A stretch of DNA of 64,000 nucleotides from Staphylococcus phage AH12, in the sequence record OR455461.1; one strand, written 5' to 3'. Both the position numbers and the translations under genes were made by a program. The notes beneath the pieces are model-generated. The model was not told the DNA's origin. It did no database searches and saw only the letters and a list, made by a program, of their open reading frames with translations. The number at the start of each line of letters is the position of its first letter. The first letter of the stretch is position 1. This document shows positions 1 to 10,071 of the stretch, in pieces.

Positions 1-2141
1 CAAAGGTTAAAGTTTCTAGGATTTAATCTATGATAATATTCGTTACCATTTTCTGTTTCTTGATATGCTTTTACATATACTCTAATATTTTGTATTTTAA
101 ATTGATTAACTCTAGTATTAGGTAACAATATACCTTTTGTAGGTAACAATGAAGTTTGATTTTCATAATCATTACTTACTGTATGTTTAACCATTAATTT
201 TTCTGTTTGATATAGACTTCTAGATTTATTTGAAATAATAAAGTTATCATGTTTAGACAACTGTCTATCTTGAATAGTATACTCGTAATTCTTTTCATTC
301 ATATATTTCTTCATAGCTAAATGATTTACATATACATTAACTGAACCATCAAAATTATCTTTCTGTAATATATCATTTTTAAATATCTTATATCCATCAA
401 AATATACATCTGAATTAATTACATTAGTTTCAATTTGTCCTTCAGGATATTCATTACTTAGATCAATATATCTTCTAGAATCATAGTCTGGATAATCTAA
501 ATGCATATCCTCACTATTAATTCTTAATTTAGATGAAGGGTATATAACTTTTTCATTTACTAAATTAGATAACATTGATATGACTTTCTCATCTTCTGCT
601 CCATTAAAGATATCTTTTATATTAAGTTCTTCCGATATTGCATCAAAATAACTCTTTTCAGGTAATCTATCTTTAAATACTTCTGTACCTGTTAAGTGTC
701 TATACAAATCACTACCGATATTAGGATACTCTATATTATAGAATGTAACATAGTTATTTAAATTATCAATAGTAAATCTATAAAGCATTTCTCCATTTTC
801 TAATAATGATAATAATTTTTCATTATCAATATACTCAGATTTTCTTCCTAGTCTAATATACATATTTTTAACAGTGCCTTGCTGTTTATATATTTTAACA
901 TCAGAATTTTCTACTATATTAGAATCATCTGAATGACTTACATTAAATTTAACTCTATATTCACTTTGATCAAAGTTATTTAATTTATTCTCAGATAGTT
1001 TTACATTTAAGTTAATATATACTAATGGATCTTCAACCTTATCAAATCTATATTCTAATTTTTCACTAAGAATATCTATATTAGGTGGATTATACATCAC
1101 ATATTTATTAACTGGATTTAATTTAACTCCTTCAGGAAATACACCTGATTCTACAATATTCTTTTTATACTCTTCATCAATACTATCAAATAGAGAAATC
1201 ACCATAATGAAATCACTTATTGCTAATGACTTCACTAAAAAGTTATTTTTAAGTATTTCTTTTCTATCAAATTTAGTATTATATATTAATATATTATTAC
1301 TTCTATTTGAGAAAGTTATATAATCTCCATGAGACTTAATATAATCAATAGAAGATCCAGATTGATAAAATCTGTAAGAGATTGAATTAATCATATTATT
1401 GTAAATATCACTTCTATAAATTCTTCCTGAACGAGTAGAATAATATAGAGAGTTCTTGAACTTAAATATCCTTGTAATTTGATGTTGTATATCGTATTCA
1501 TATTCATTAATATTCTCATTTATTTTAAAATTCTGAGTGTATCTTTCTTCCTCAAAATCATATACTTGAATATAATATGGTTCACCGTAAAAACTAATAG
1601 CTAGACCATTTTCGTATAAGAAACTAAATCCTTCAATATTTTTATTGAATACAATAGTTTTAGTATATGCATCAGTTTTTATACTTCTAATTACTAAAGT
1701 ATCATTGGCTTCTTTAATACATATCATATCATTAAATAAAGAGTATGGTCTGTAATTTAACTCTTCACTAGATCTATAAAAGTTATAACTATATACAACT
1801 TCTGCATCTGGATTATTTATGTGTTCAGCTAAGTTATTCATGAAACATCTATAGTAACCTTTTTCACTTATAATTACTAGAATATTATCATACATCATAA
1901 TATCTTCTATAGTATCATCATCTAATTCTTCTTTAAGGAAATTTAACTCTAATACATGTTCTCCTTGAGTTGAATATCCTGTATATACATATATTTTATT
2001 ATCGTATCTAATCTCTAAAAGTAGATCATTATAAAATGTGTAAAAACTACCAGTAACTAATTCTTGAGTATTTTCTACTTTACTTAATCTGGTTTTATCT
2101 CTGAGATTATAATACAATTCATTATTTAATTTAATACTCAT
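1..2141 (-). CDS. large hypothetical (possibly structural) protein; gene starts at 2141 and runs off the window edge
   Basis: Continuous minus-strand reading frame of more than 710 codons from ATG (rc of 2139-2141), preceded by AAGGAGAG RBS at 2152-2158. Not in the supplied track because it is open at the window edge. Confidence 0.55.
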   Translation of the reverse strand, partial: MSIKLNNELYYNLRDKTRLSKVENTQELVTGSFYTFYNDLLLEIRYDNKIYVYTGYSTQGEHVLELNFLKEELDDDTIEDIMMYDNILVIISEKGYYRCFMNNLAEHINNPDAEVVYSYNFYRSSEELNYRPYSLFNDMICIKEANDTLVIRSIKTDAYTKTIVFNKNIEGFSFLYENGLAISFYGEPYYIQVYDFEEERYTQNFKINENINEYEYDIQHQITRIFKFKNSLYYSTRSGRIYRSDIYNNMINSISYRFYQSGSSIDYIKSHGDYITFSNRSNNILIYNTKFDRKEILKNNFLVKSLAISDFIMVISLFDSIDEEYKKNIVESGVFPEGVKLNPVNKYVMYNPPNIDILSEKLEYRFDKVEDPLVYINLNVKLSENKLNNFDQSEYRVKFNVSHSDDSNIVENSDVKIYKQQGTVKNMYIRLGRKSEYIDNEKLLSLLENGEMLYRFTIDNLNNYVTFYNIEYPNIGSDLYRHLTGTEVFKDRLPEKSYFDAISEELNIKDIFNGAEDEKVISMLSNLVNEKVIYPSSKLRINSEDMHLDYPDYDSRRYIDLSNEYPEGQIETNVINSDVYFDGYKIFKNDILQKDNFDGSVNVYVNHLAMKKYMNEKNYEYTIQDRQLSKHDNFIISNKSRSLYQTEKLMVKHTVSNDYENQTSLLPTKGILLPNTRVNQFKIQNIRVYVKAYQETENGNEYYHRLNPRNFNL

Positions 2142-2174
2142 TGATATTGATTCTCTCCTTTCTAAATAAAAATA

Positions 2175-2205
2175 AGTCAATCAACCTTAATGTAGTTGAT
2201 TGACT
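2175..2205 (-). terminator. stem-loop AGTCAATCAAC/GTTGATTGACT followed by T-run on the minus strand
   Basis: 11-bp perfect inverted repeat immediately after the stop of 2214..3113, with a U-run on the minus strand. Confidence 0.5.
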
Positions 2206-2213
2206 TTAATTGA

Positions 2214-3113
2214 TTAAAAGAAACTTCTATAACAGTTAATAATAATTTTATCATTAATAGCGTTTAATATAATAAATTCTTTATTAATTCCAGCATTAAC
2301 ATAAGCTGAGAATATTGTAACTAAAAATGAAGGCAAATGATCAATTGAAAGTATTGTCGTCTCTCCATACATTTTAGTGAAGTTTTCCACAAATGATCTA
2401 GATGAGAATTTATTAAAATTAGGATGTTTTTTAAATTCTTCAAATAATTTGAATATATTAATCATTGAAGATTGTCCATCAAACTTATTCTCCATCTCTT
2501 TAATTACTTCAAAATCAGTTCTATTATGACATGATTTGTAAGCTATTTGTTCTGTAGTATCGTCATTAGTTCTTCCTACAACACTTACTAAAAAGAATTT
2601 AGCAAACATATATGAAACTAAATCAGAGTCTCTTTTATTAATATTAGTTGCATAAAGTTTATCAATTACTTTTGTTGTTAATCTAGAATATATTTGACTA
2701 GCATAAATTAAAAGTTTAGCATTATTTCTAATTTTATTTGCATTTTCTTTAATTTTAATATTAATTAATCCTGCTTGAGCTAATCCAAATAAAGTATTAG
2801 GATTGATATTCATATTAGACTTAATATATGGAGTTATATTCACTAAAGATTTATTGCCTTGAATGTTTAATACTGGCATAAAGTTAGGTAATTTAACTTC
2901 CTTGGAGTTCATTAAGATAATATTACCATTTTCTAATTCATTAACAACTTCATTCTTTGAAGCTTGATTAACTCTATTTTTAATAATATTAAATGTATCA
3001 GATAATTGATCTTGTTGAACTAGATGTTCTCCTTTAATACTCTTTGTAATTTTATTAATATCTATTGGTAATTGTTTATAGATTTCAGATTCATTTAAAC
3101 CATAAGTTTTCAA
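2214..3113 (-). CDS. hypothetical protein
   Basis: 299-aa ORF. No recognisable motif. Confidence 0.55.
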   Translation of the reverse strand: MKTYGLNESEIYKQLPIDINKITKSIKGEHLVQQDQLSDTFNIIKNRVNQASKNEVVNELENGNIILMNSKEVKLPNFMPVLNIQGNKSLVNITPYIKSNMNINPNTLFGLAQAGLINIKIKENANKIRNNAKLLIYASQIYSRLTTKVIDKLYATNINKRDSDLVSYMFAKFFLVSVVGRTNDDTTEQIAYKSCHNRTDFEVIKEMENKFDGQSSMINIFKLFEEFKKHPNFNKFSSRSFVENFTKMYGETTILSIDHLPSFLVTIFSAYVNAGINKEFIILNAINDKIIINCYRSFF

Positions 3114-3153
3114 TATAATTTCACTCTTTCTTTAGTTTATTTTTATTTTCTTA

Positions 3154-3166
3154 ATATTAAATTGTT
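3154..3166 (-). promoter_or_regulatory. candidate late promoter AACA-N6-TAT (minus strand)
   Basis: Plus strand ATAttaaatTGTT is the reverse complement of AACAatttaaTAT, about 42 nt upstream of the 3113 start. Confidence 0.4.
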
Positions 3167-3402
3167 ACTATGGATTATATCATCTTTATATATTTTGTTT
3201 ATGTATCTCAAAATTTCTTTAATTTTAATTAATTAATTTTTAATAACATTTTTAATTACTATTATTTTTTATTAATTAAAATTTTATATAAATATATATT
3301 ATAAAATAGTAATATTAATTAATTTATTGAATTATATTTAGTAATATAATTATATTACCTAGGTTTTTTAAAAAAATTTGATTAAGAAAATTTTAGAAAA
3401 CC

Positions 3403-3447
3403 GAAAGAATAAAATATTATTAGAAAAAGAGGAGAGATTTGGATATG
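3403..3447 (+). promoter_or_regulatory. conserved upstream module AAAGAATAAAATATTAT ... GAGGAGAGATTTGGATATGAAAA (copy 1)
   Basis: Near-identical module also precedes the minus-strand gene at 8661. Includes RBS and start codon. Confidence 0.4.
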
Positions 3448-3945
3448 AAAATAAAATTTTTAATTACTAGTCCTTATGAAGTTAATGGACCTATTACAAA
3501 AGAAATTGAGTTTGATGAAGATAAGATGTATGAAGTTATTGGAAGAGAACTTAATCAAAATGAAGAAGATATTATTATGGATATAATGCCAGCACCTTTA
3601 CATTCAGTAGTTAGTTTTACTTATTTAGGGCATACAAAAGATAGATATACTTCAGATGATATAAACTTCTTAATGTTTGACAGTATACCTTGTTTTGATA
3701 AAGCTGCTTTTGCTTATTTAGAGTTTGATGAAAATAAAGAAGCTAATTTAGTTGATATTAGTGATGAATTGGCTAAAGCGGTTCATGAATATATTAAAAC
3801 TAATAGAGAGAATATCAGTGACGAGATTAAAGAAAAAATAGATGACAGTATTGAATCAGGTCATTTAGATGAATTAATTGATTATCTTAATGAAGATGAT
3901 AAAGAAAAAGAAATTAATGAATATGGTGATGAAGATCATGAATAG
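3439..3945 (+). CDS. hypothetical acidic protein
   Basis: 168-aa ORF with GAGGAGAG RBS. D/E-rich C-terminus. Confidence 0.55.
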   Translation: MDMKIKFLITSPYEVNGPITKEIEFDEDKMYEVIGRELNQNEEDIIMDIMPAPLHSVVSFTYLGHTKDRYTSDDINFLMFDSIPCFDKAAFAYLEFDENKEANLVDISDELAKAVHEYIKTNRENISDEIKEKIDDSIESGHLDELIDYLNEDDKEKEINEYGDEDHE

Positions 3946-4330
3946 GGATACATTAAAATTTATAATTGATAGCGAAAATAAAAAACTTGGAACAAGAAAA
4001 TCAAGATATGAATTTAAATATAAAGGATACAATGCATTCATAGTTAGACATGATACATTAGGACACTTAAATGGATATGTTGAGATTGGTGCAGGAAATT
4101 ATGATGAGAAATTAGAATATTATTCTCATGGAGGTATTACTTATAATGAAGGTGGTATAATTGGTTTTGATTGTGCTCATTCAGGAGATCTAATACCTGA
4201 AATATTTTTAAACGGTTTAATGGCGAACGAGAGTAATGATACTTATAAAAGTCTTAATTATGTAGAAAGTTGTATTAAAGAAATGATAGACTTTTTAGTG
4301 GAAAAGGAGCAATTTATTAATGGTGAATAA
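3938..4330 (+). CDS. hypothetical protein (GFDCAHSGD motif)
   Basis: Track ORF 3878..4330. The likely true start is ATG 3938 (MNRDTLKF), overlapping the upstream stop. Stop overlaps the start of the next gene. Confidence 0.45.
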   Translation: MNRDTLKFIIDSENKKLGTRKSRYEFKYKGYNAFIVRHDTLGHLNGYVEIGAGNYDEKLEYYSHGGITYNEGGIIGFDCAHSGDLIPEIFLNGLMANESNDTYKSLNYVESCIKEMIDFLVEKEQFINGE

Positions 4331-5465
4331 TATTTTTAAAACAGTGGCTATAGCAGATCTACATTATGGAAAGAAAAATCCTAAAAAATTAACTGATGAA
4401 CTTAATGAATACTTTGTTAAATATATAGAAGATAATAATGATATTGATATGGTTGTTATTTCAGGAGATCTATTTGATAGAGTTATTAGATTTAATGAAC
4501 CTGCTGGCAAAGAGGTATTAGAGTTCATGGATCGTATGTTCACTTTATCAGAAGAAAAGAACTTCTTATTACGTTTATTAAAAGGTACAAAAACACATGA
4601 CTTTAATCAACTTGATGTATTTAATCAAAATGAGTTAGAGTATAATAATTTTAAGATTATTAATACATTGGAATCTGAATTAGTTAAACATAATGGTAAA
4701 GAAGTTAATTTACTTTATATACCTGAAGAATATCCAGATGATAAGAAAGAATATTACAATGATCTTATATACTCTGTAGAGGATAATACGTATGATAATA
4801 TATTTGGTCATGGAATGATTGATTTCGTAACATTTGTTCCTGATGAAGATGATTCAGAAAATCCAGTTAAATCAGCACCTATATTAGAGTCTAAAGAGTT
4901 AATGAGAATTACTAAAGGTGTAACTGTATACGGTCATATTCATGACTTTCACGAATACAAAGATAAAGTATATTATTGTGGTTCATATTCAAGATATTCT
5001 TTTAAAGATACTGAAGATAAAGGATTCTTAGTTATTGAAAATAATCTTGATGAAGATGATTATAATGTAGAATTAATTTTAAATGAAAAAGCTCCAACTT
5101 ACGTTACTATAAATATGGATCAATATGAAAATCTAACGGAACAAAAGAAACTAGAAATAATCAATGAGTTACGTCAAGAAAATGATTATGTAAGATTTGT
5201 TTCAACGTCTAAGGATGATGTTGATATAATTAAGCAAATTTCTAGTTCCGATAAAAATATAAAAGTACAATTTAACAACAAAAATATTAAGGAAGTAAAA
5301 GTTGACGAGAAATACCAATTTATCTTAGATGATGAACTTGATGTACCTGAGACTATTATTAAATTTAACTCTATTAAACATGATAAAGATTTAGATTTAA
5401 AAGAAGTTAAAAATATAATTGATCCAGATTTTGAAGATTTAATTAATTTAGATAAAGAAAAATAA
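4320..5465 (+). CDS. SbcD/Mre11-like calcineurin-fold nuclease
   Basis: Phosphoesterase motifs in order: DLHYG, GDLFD, GTKTHD, GHGMIDF, YGHIHDF. Confidence 0.65.
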   Translation: MVNNIFKTVAIADLHYGKKNPKKLTDELNEYFVKYIEDNNDIDMVVISGDLFDRVIRFNEPAGKEVLEFMDRMFTLSEEKNFLLRLLKGTKTHDFNQLDVFNQNELEYNNFKIINTLESELVKHNGKEVNLLYIPEEYPDDKKEYYNDLIYSVEDNTYDNIFGHGMIDFVTFVPDEDDSENPVKSAPILESKELMRITKGVTVYGHIHDFHEYKDKVYYCGSYSRYSFKDTEDKGFLVIENNLDEDDYNVELILNEKAPTYVTINMDQYENLTEQKKLEIINELRQENDYVRFVSTSKDDVDIIKQISSSDKNIKVQFNNKNIKEVKVDEKYQFILDDELDVPETIIKFNSIKHDKDLDLKEVKNIIDPDFEDLINLDKEK

Positions 5466-5492
5466 TGACGTAATGGAGAGTGTATTAACGAT

Positions 5493-7241
5493 ATGGCATT
5501 TTTAGACAATAACATGACAAACCAGAACAACGGACAATCATACTTTATAGATGAAAATCAACAAATGATAAATTATGCAAATATAAGTATACCGTATAAT
5601 ACTTTAATGCAGATAATCAAGTATACAATTACAGAAAATAGACTTATTAATAATACAAATTTAAAAAGATTAAATAAATTCTTAGGAAATATAAATGAAG
5701 ATTTTGTTTATGATGAAGGTCAACAACATCAAAAAGATACAATTAAAGTATTAAAAGAATTAGTTAAAATTAGATTAGAAGAGTCTATAGAATCTCCTTC
5801 TATACTCTTAGAACACTTAGTAGATAAATTTAAGAGTCAAATGTCTGAATCACATTTATATGAAATTGTGAATAGTATTAAAATGTATTATGATGGTGAT
5901 CTAAAGAATTTATCTGATAAAGAAATTGATAATATTAATATGTATGTAAAAGAAAGATATGCTGCTTTAGAGCTATATCAAAAAGTGAATCTATTTAAAT
6001 ATGCATATGATCAATTAACTATGGATCGATTAAGTCCATCCGATTTATTAAAAGAAATATCTGAACCGATATCTCAAGTTAATAAAGTTATTAAAAGAAC
6101 TACAAATACTTCATCTAACACTAAAAATAGCTTTATTAACTTTTTAGAAACAGATATGGCAGTAGAAGTAATGGCGGACTCAATTGATAAATTAAGAAAC
6201 CCAACTAATAAACTTAAGACTGGATATAAGATGTTAAATAAAATGATTAATGGCGGTTTTGAAAATGGTCGTGTTTATTCATTCTTCGGAACACCTAAAT
6301 CATTCAAATCAGGTACTTTACTTAATATGTTAATGTCAGTTACTCTGGCTAACAAAGCAGTCGATATTAATAATTTAGATCCTAATAAAAAACCAGTAAT
6401 ATATTATTTGACTATGGAAAACTCTATGAGTGAATCTCTTGATAGACTTTATGAATATGTAACAGGTCATTCAATGAGTGAATCAAATCAATCACCACAA
6501 GAATGTGTAAATCAATTAATTGATTATACTTATAGACAAACTGGAATTAGTATTGTAGTTGAATATAAAAAGAATAATGAAGTGTCTACTGATTATCTTT
6601 ATGAAGTTTATGAAAACTTAGAAGATGAAGGATATCAATTAATGATGGTTGTACAAGACTATTTAAAACGTATTCGAGCTTCAGATCATATTGAAGACTT
6701 ACGTATACGCTTAGGTGCAATCTCTGATGAATTTACGGTGTTTGCTAAGGAAAAGGATATACCAGTAGTGACTGCAGCACAACTTAACAGAGAGGCATAC
6801 AGAAATGTAGAGAAAGCTATAAGTGAGAAAAAGACAGATATTGCTAAACAATTAGACAGAAGTCAAATTGCAGAATCAGCAATGATCATAGAGAACATAG
6901 ACTATGGTATCATCATAAATAGAGAGAATGCTAGTGATGAAAGTCAAGATGATCATTTATCATTTAAATTAATAGCTAGTCGTGGTAAGATGGGTGAAGA
7001 TAGAGTTGAATACTTCGCTCAACCATTTGATAATTCATTTAAACTTGCTGTTGATGAAGGAACACCTGAACTTAAAGGTGTAGAATCTATAGGATCAAAC
7101 TTAGAAAGTACTATAGATTCTGTGGCGGCTAAAACTAAAATGACTAATATCGCTAATCAATTTAAAAATGGTCCTATTGCTAATGAAAATACAAATAGTA
7201 ATGAAGAATTTGAACCTGGTAGTATTTTTCACGATTTTTAA
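5493..7241 (+). CDS. DnaB-like replicative DNA helicase
   Basis: Walker A GTPKSFKSGT. Helicase motif H4 AAQLNRE, with I..ESA and KMGE elements matching the DnaB C-terminal RecA domain. Confidence 0.7.
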   Translation: MAFLDNNMTNQNNGQSYFIDENQQMINYANISIPYNTLMQIIKYTITENRLINNTNLKRLNKFLGNINEDFVYDEGQQHQKDTIKVLKELVKIRLEESIESPSILLEHLVDKFKSQMSESHLYEIVNSIKMYYDGDLKNLSDKEIDNINMYVKERYAALELYQKVNLFKYAYDQLTMDRLSPSDLLKEISEPISQVNKVIKRTTNTSSNTKNSFINFLETDMAVEVMADSIDKLRNPTNKLKTGYKMLNKMINGGFENGRVYSFFGTPKSFKSGTLLNMLMSVTLANKAVDINNLDPNKKPVIYYLTMENSMSESLDRLYEYVTGHSMSESNQSPQECVNQLIDYTYRQTGISIVVEYKKNNEVSTDYLYEVYENLEDEGYQLMMVVQDYLKRIRASDHIEDLRIRLGAISDEFTVFAKEKDIPVVTAAQLNREAYRNVEKAISEKKTDIAKQLDRSQIAESAMIIENIDYGIIINRENASDESQDDHLSFKLIASRGKMGEDRVEYFAQPFDNSFKLAVDEGTPELKGVESIGSNLESTIDSVAAKTKMTNIANQFKNGPIANENTNSNEEFEPGSIFHDF

Positions 7242-7250
7242 AAATATAAT

Positions 7251-7303
7251 CCCCAATACCTATTAATTTAGGTATTGGGGAAATTTTATTATTTTTTTTT
7301 TTT
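7251..7303. terminator. bidirectional palindromic terminator element (CCCCAATACCTA ttaatt TAGGTATTGGGG plus T-run)
   Basis: 12-bp perfect stem between convergent genes 5493..7241 and 7302..8078. Member of a repeated element family. Confidence 0.65.
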
Positions 7304-8078
7304 ATAAAAGAGTACTTATTAAATCTGTTAAAAATCTTAATTGATTTTCATATGATAAATTACCATTTTTTAAATTATCTTCTAAATCTTCATCTATAAA
7401 AACTTTCATTGTGTTTAAGTCTATAATATATTCATTCTCTATAATATCTTTGTAATAACATGGTTCTAAATTATGATTTATCAAATTATTTTTAAATATT
7501 AGTAGTTTCTTGTAAAGATCTGTTTTATCTTTCTTTTTATCTTCCCAAAGACATTCAAATAAAAAATTAAATAAATATTTTTCATGATGTTCTTTAATTC
7601 CTTTCTGATAACCTTTAATTTCTATTCTATTATTATACAGATCAATATAATGTTCTTTATCTAATATATTGATGTAATTGTCAAATGTATCACTTTCAAC
7701 AAATCTAACATTATTCGATATTTTTAAATTATTACATTTTTTACCAATAACAAATATAGCATCTTTTTTTATACTTAAAATATCATTATCTGATAAATTA
7801 TTATTCATCATAAAAAATTTTCTAGCTATTTTAAATCCTTCTATTAGTGCATTATTCATATCTTTATTTTTTCTTAACATCTTACCAATGATTACATTTC
7901 TTTCGTACTTAGGTGTGTTTTTTAGCATATTGTAAGTTTCTTCATTTAACCAATTAGAATCATAAAGAATATTCATTCCTGCTGACTTTATATCATACTC
8001 AGTAATGATAGTATCTTTAATATATTTAACTTTAGATGTATAGTTCGTTTTTTGCCATAAATTAGACACTACCATCAC
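7302..8078 (-). CDS. hypothetical protein
   Basis: 258-aa ORF. Confidence 0.5.
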   Translation of the reverse strand: MMVVSNLWQKTNYTSKVKYIKDTIITEYDIKSAGMNILYDSNWLNEETYNMLKNTPKYERNVIIGKMLRKNKDMNNALIEGFKIARKFFMMNNNLSDNDILSIKKDAIFVIGKKCNNLKISNNVRFVESDTFDNYINILDKEHYIDLYNNRIEIKGYQKGIKEHHEKYLFNFLFECLWEDKKKDKTDLYKKLLIFKNNLINHNLEPCYYKDIIENEYIIDLNTMKVFIDEDLEDNLKNGNLSYENQLRFLTDLISTLL

Positions 8079-8094
8079 TCCTTTTCATATAATA

Positions 8095-8661
8095 TTATTG
8101 ATTAACAAATTTATGTTTAATCAAAGTTTTAATAAAGTCTTTTTCAGATAACCAATCTCCTGTATTATTATATACATTAATGTCAGTAACTTCATCTAGA
8201 TCTTCTTTTTCTTTAATCAAATCTTTTTCATTTCTTCCTTCACGTTTAATTTGATTATTTTCGTTAATAACTTGAATTGTTAATATATCTGATTCATTTC
8301 CGTATTTTTCTTTAATATCTCTTACAGAAGCGTCTCTACCTTCTCTATTTACAATGATTATATTTATATTGTATAAACCATTTTCTGGATATTTATAGCT
8401 TTGATCAATAGTACCATAATAATTTTCATAGAAATTGGTTTTAGCGATTAATTTATCTTTCATAGAATCATATTCTTCTTTATTTAAGAATACATAATCT
8501 TTTCCATCAATTTCATTATCTCTAATTGGTCTAGTTGTTACTTGATCTAATTTTTTGAAAGATAAATGTGGAAAATCTTTTTGGGTTACTAAATTCTCAG
8601 CCAAATAAGATTTTCCACTTCCTGAAACTCCACATAATAAAATAAATTTTTTCATATCCAA
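8095..8661 (-). CDS. guanylate kinase-like P-loop nucleotide kinase
   Basis: CGVSGSGKS Walker A. TTRPIRDNEIDGKDYVFL ... YGT matches the GMP-kinase signature. Confidence 0.6.
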   Translation of the reverse strand: MDMKKFILLCGVSGSGKSYLAENLVTQKDFPHLSFKKLDQVTTRPIRDNEIDGKDYVFLNKEEYDSMKDKLIAKTNFYENYYGTIDQSYKYPENGLYNINIIIVNREGRDASVRDIKEKYGNESDILTIQVINENNQIKREGRNEKDLIKEKEDLDEVTDINVYNNTGDWLSEKDFIKTLIKHKFVNQ

Positions 8662-8705
8662 ATCTCTCCTCAGAATTCAATTATTATAATATTTTATTCT
8701 TTGGA
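8650..8705 (-). promoter_or_regulatory. conserved upstream module (copy 2, minus strand)
   Basis: Reverse complement reads CCAAAGAATAAAATATTATAATAATTGAATTCTGAGGAGAGATTTGGATATGAAAA. Matches the module at 3403-3447. Confidence 0.4.
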
Positions 8706-8725
8706 AAATATAAAAAATTAATATC

Positions 8726-9487
8726 TTATTTTGCTTTAATACCATCATTTTCACGCAATTTTCCTATGAGATTAATAAATTCATTATAATTTTTATCTAC
8801 TACTTTTATATAATTGTATCCTGAATTTTTAGCAACTTCATCTTTTTTCTTTTCTTTAATTTCATCACGTTTTTGATAATGATTATTTTTACCTTTAATT
8901 TCTACTAATAAATTAAAATCAGGCATGTAAAAATCAGGCATGTAAAAATGTTCTTTATTAGCAAATTTATAAGGTAATGCTATATTTGATGGTGATAGTA
9001 CGTTATTTGATCTAAGATCCATTTGCGTATCTAAGAAGTTAAGGAAATCTTTTTCATAAGATCCTACATATTGAGTAGGCAATCCTTTGCCAGAACTCCA
9101 ATGATATTTACCTGAAATTCTTCTATTTTCTAACATTTTATTTTGCATATCTGGATCATTCAGTAAAGTTGTTTTACCGTATTTTTTATTCATTCTATCT
9201 TTAAATTGTTGTCTATATTTATCTTTACATATTTTATCGTGTACACGCTCATACTTTTCAGTCTGTTCATTAAATTTAGTTGGTTTTCCACATATAATAC
9301 ATGCACCATGAGTTTTTTTATTTCTATAATTAAAATATACATTTGCTGGAGATAAATCACCCAATTCTAAAGGATGTGTTTTTTCCATATGGTTATATAA
9401 ACCACTTTTGTTAATATACTTTTTATTACAGAAAGGACATTTATGATATTTTGTTGCCATTATTAAATTCACCGTTCTTTCTCTCAT
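8726..9487 (-). CDS. homing-endonuclease-like protein: N-terminal C2H2 zinc finger, C-terminal Vsr/DUF559-like PD-(D/E)XK domain
   Basis: CPFCNKKYINKSGLYNHMEKTH finger and LLVEIKGKNNHY motif (E-x-G-x-x-H) shared with the two other HE-like ORFs. Real start may be Met10 (9457), which has a GGTGA RBS. Contains a 15-bp tandem duplication (MPDFYMPDF). Confidence 0.5.
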   Translation of the reverse strand: MRERTVNLIMATKYHKCPFCNKKYINKSGLYNHMEKTHPLELGDLSPANVYFNYRNKKTHGACIICGKPTKFNEQTEKYERVHDKICKDKYRQQFKDRMNKKYGKTTLLNDPDMQNKMLENRRISGKYHWSSGKGLPTQYVGSYEKDFLNFLDTQMDLRSNNVLSPSNIALPYKFANKEHFYMPDFYMPDFNLLVEIKGKNNHYQKRDEIKEKKKDEVAKNSGYNYIKVVDKNYNEFINLIGKLRENDGIKAK

Positions 9488-9492
9488 TATTT

Positions 9493-9505
9493 ATAAGATG
9501 TTGTT
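9493..9505 (-). promoter_or_regulatory. candidate late promoter AACA-N6-TAT (minus strand)
   Basis: Plus ATAagatgtTGTT is the reverse complement of AACAacatctTAT, upstream of 8726..9487. Confidence 0.35.
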
Positions 9506-9581
9506 TCTATCGTTTATACATAAAAAATTAAGGATATATTATTTTATATAATATAATATTATATAGTATAAATATTGAAAG

Positions 9582-10034
9582 TTGGTGAATTATATCGCTA
9601 AAGATACAAAACATTTTAGAAAAGAAATATTTATGGCCCAAAATGTATATAACCGTCAAATGATGTTAGATGACATGGAAGCCATGGGACAGACGATACA
9701 GAATTTAATCATTATGAAACCTGGTACATATCCAAACACTCCTGGTTTAGGAGTTGGTATTGAAGATTATTTATTTGAAATTTTAGATAATGATACAATT
9801 ATGGATATAAGTGCCAATATAAATAATCAAATAACAAGATATATAGTTTCTCAGTCAGTAAATGTTGAAGTAAGAATAAGTAAATTGGAAAATAGTAATG
9901 CAAATATAAATAGTTTAAAAATAGATGTTAATTTATCTGATGTGTTAGATATAAATAACCAACAACTATTTTCATTTGTATTCGCTTCAAATAATTTAAC
10001 TAAGAAAATGATAACTAAATTAGTACTTGCTTAA
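9582..10034 (+). CDS. gp25/GPW-like baseplate wedge protein
   Basis: KPGTYPNTPGLGVGIEDYLFE matches the gp25-family core (rkGeR..P.fG..l..llFe). Start codon uncertain (TTG 9582 versus ATG 9633). Confidence 0.45.
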   Translation: MVNYIAKDTKHFRKEIFMAQNVYNRQMMLDDMEAMGQTIQNLIIMKPGTYPNTPGLGVGIEDYLFEILDNDTIMDISANINNQITRYIVSQSVNVEVRISKLENSNANINSLKIDVNLSDVLDINNQQLFSFVFASNNLTKKMITKLVLA

Positions 10035-10071
10035 ATATAAAATTAAAAGAAAAGAATGGAGAATATTATAA

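Noticed and set aside
5186-5530. Antisense ORF of 114 aa inside the SbcD-like gene; similarly 7678..7935, 10189..10383, 15540..15776, 19827..20024, 20995..21180, 22175..22444, 26297..26542, 26509..26709, 28904..29158, 29457..29651, 31778..32212, 32996..33247, 34516..34740, 36983..37168, 39591..39875, 42797..43057, 46990..47196, 49508..49690, 52530..52721, 52986..53272, 58125..58349, 60119..60331
   Set aside because: All lie fully inside or antisense to longer ORFs with clear protein features. Their compositions (I/L/S/F-rich) are typical of AT-rich alternate frames. None has an RBS or promoter.
9582-10034. Phage lysozyme call for the gp25-like ORF
   Set aside because: gp25-family similarity is structural (baseplate wedge). 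No catalytic Glu/Asp lysozyme motif is evident.
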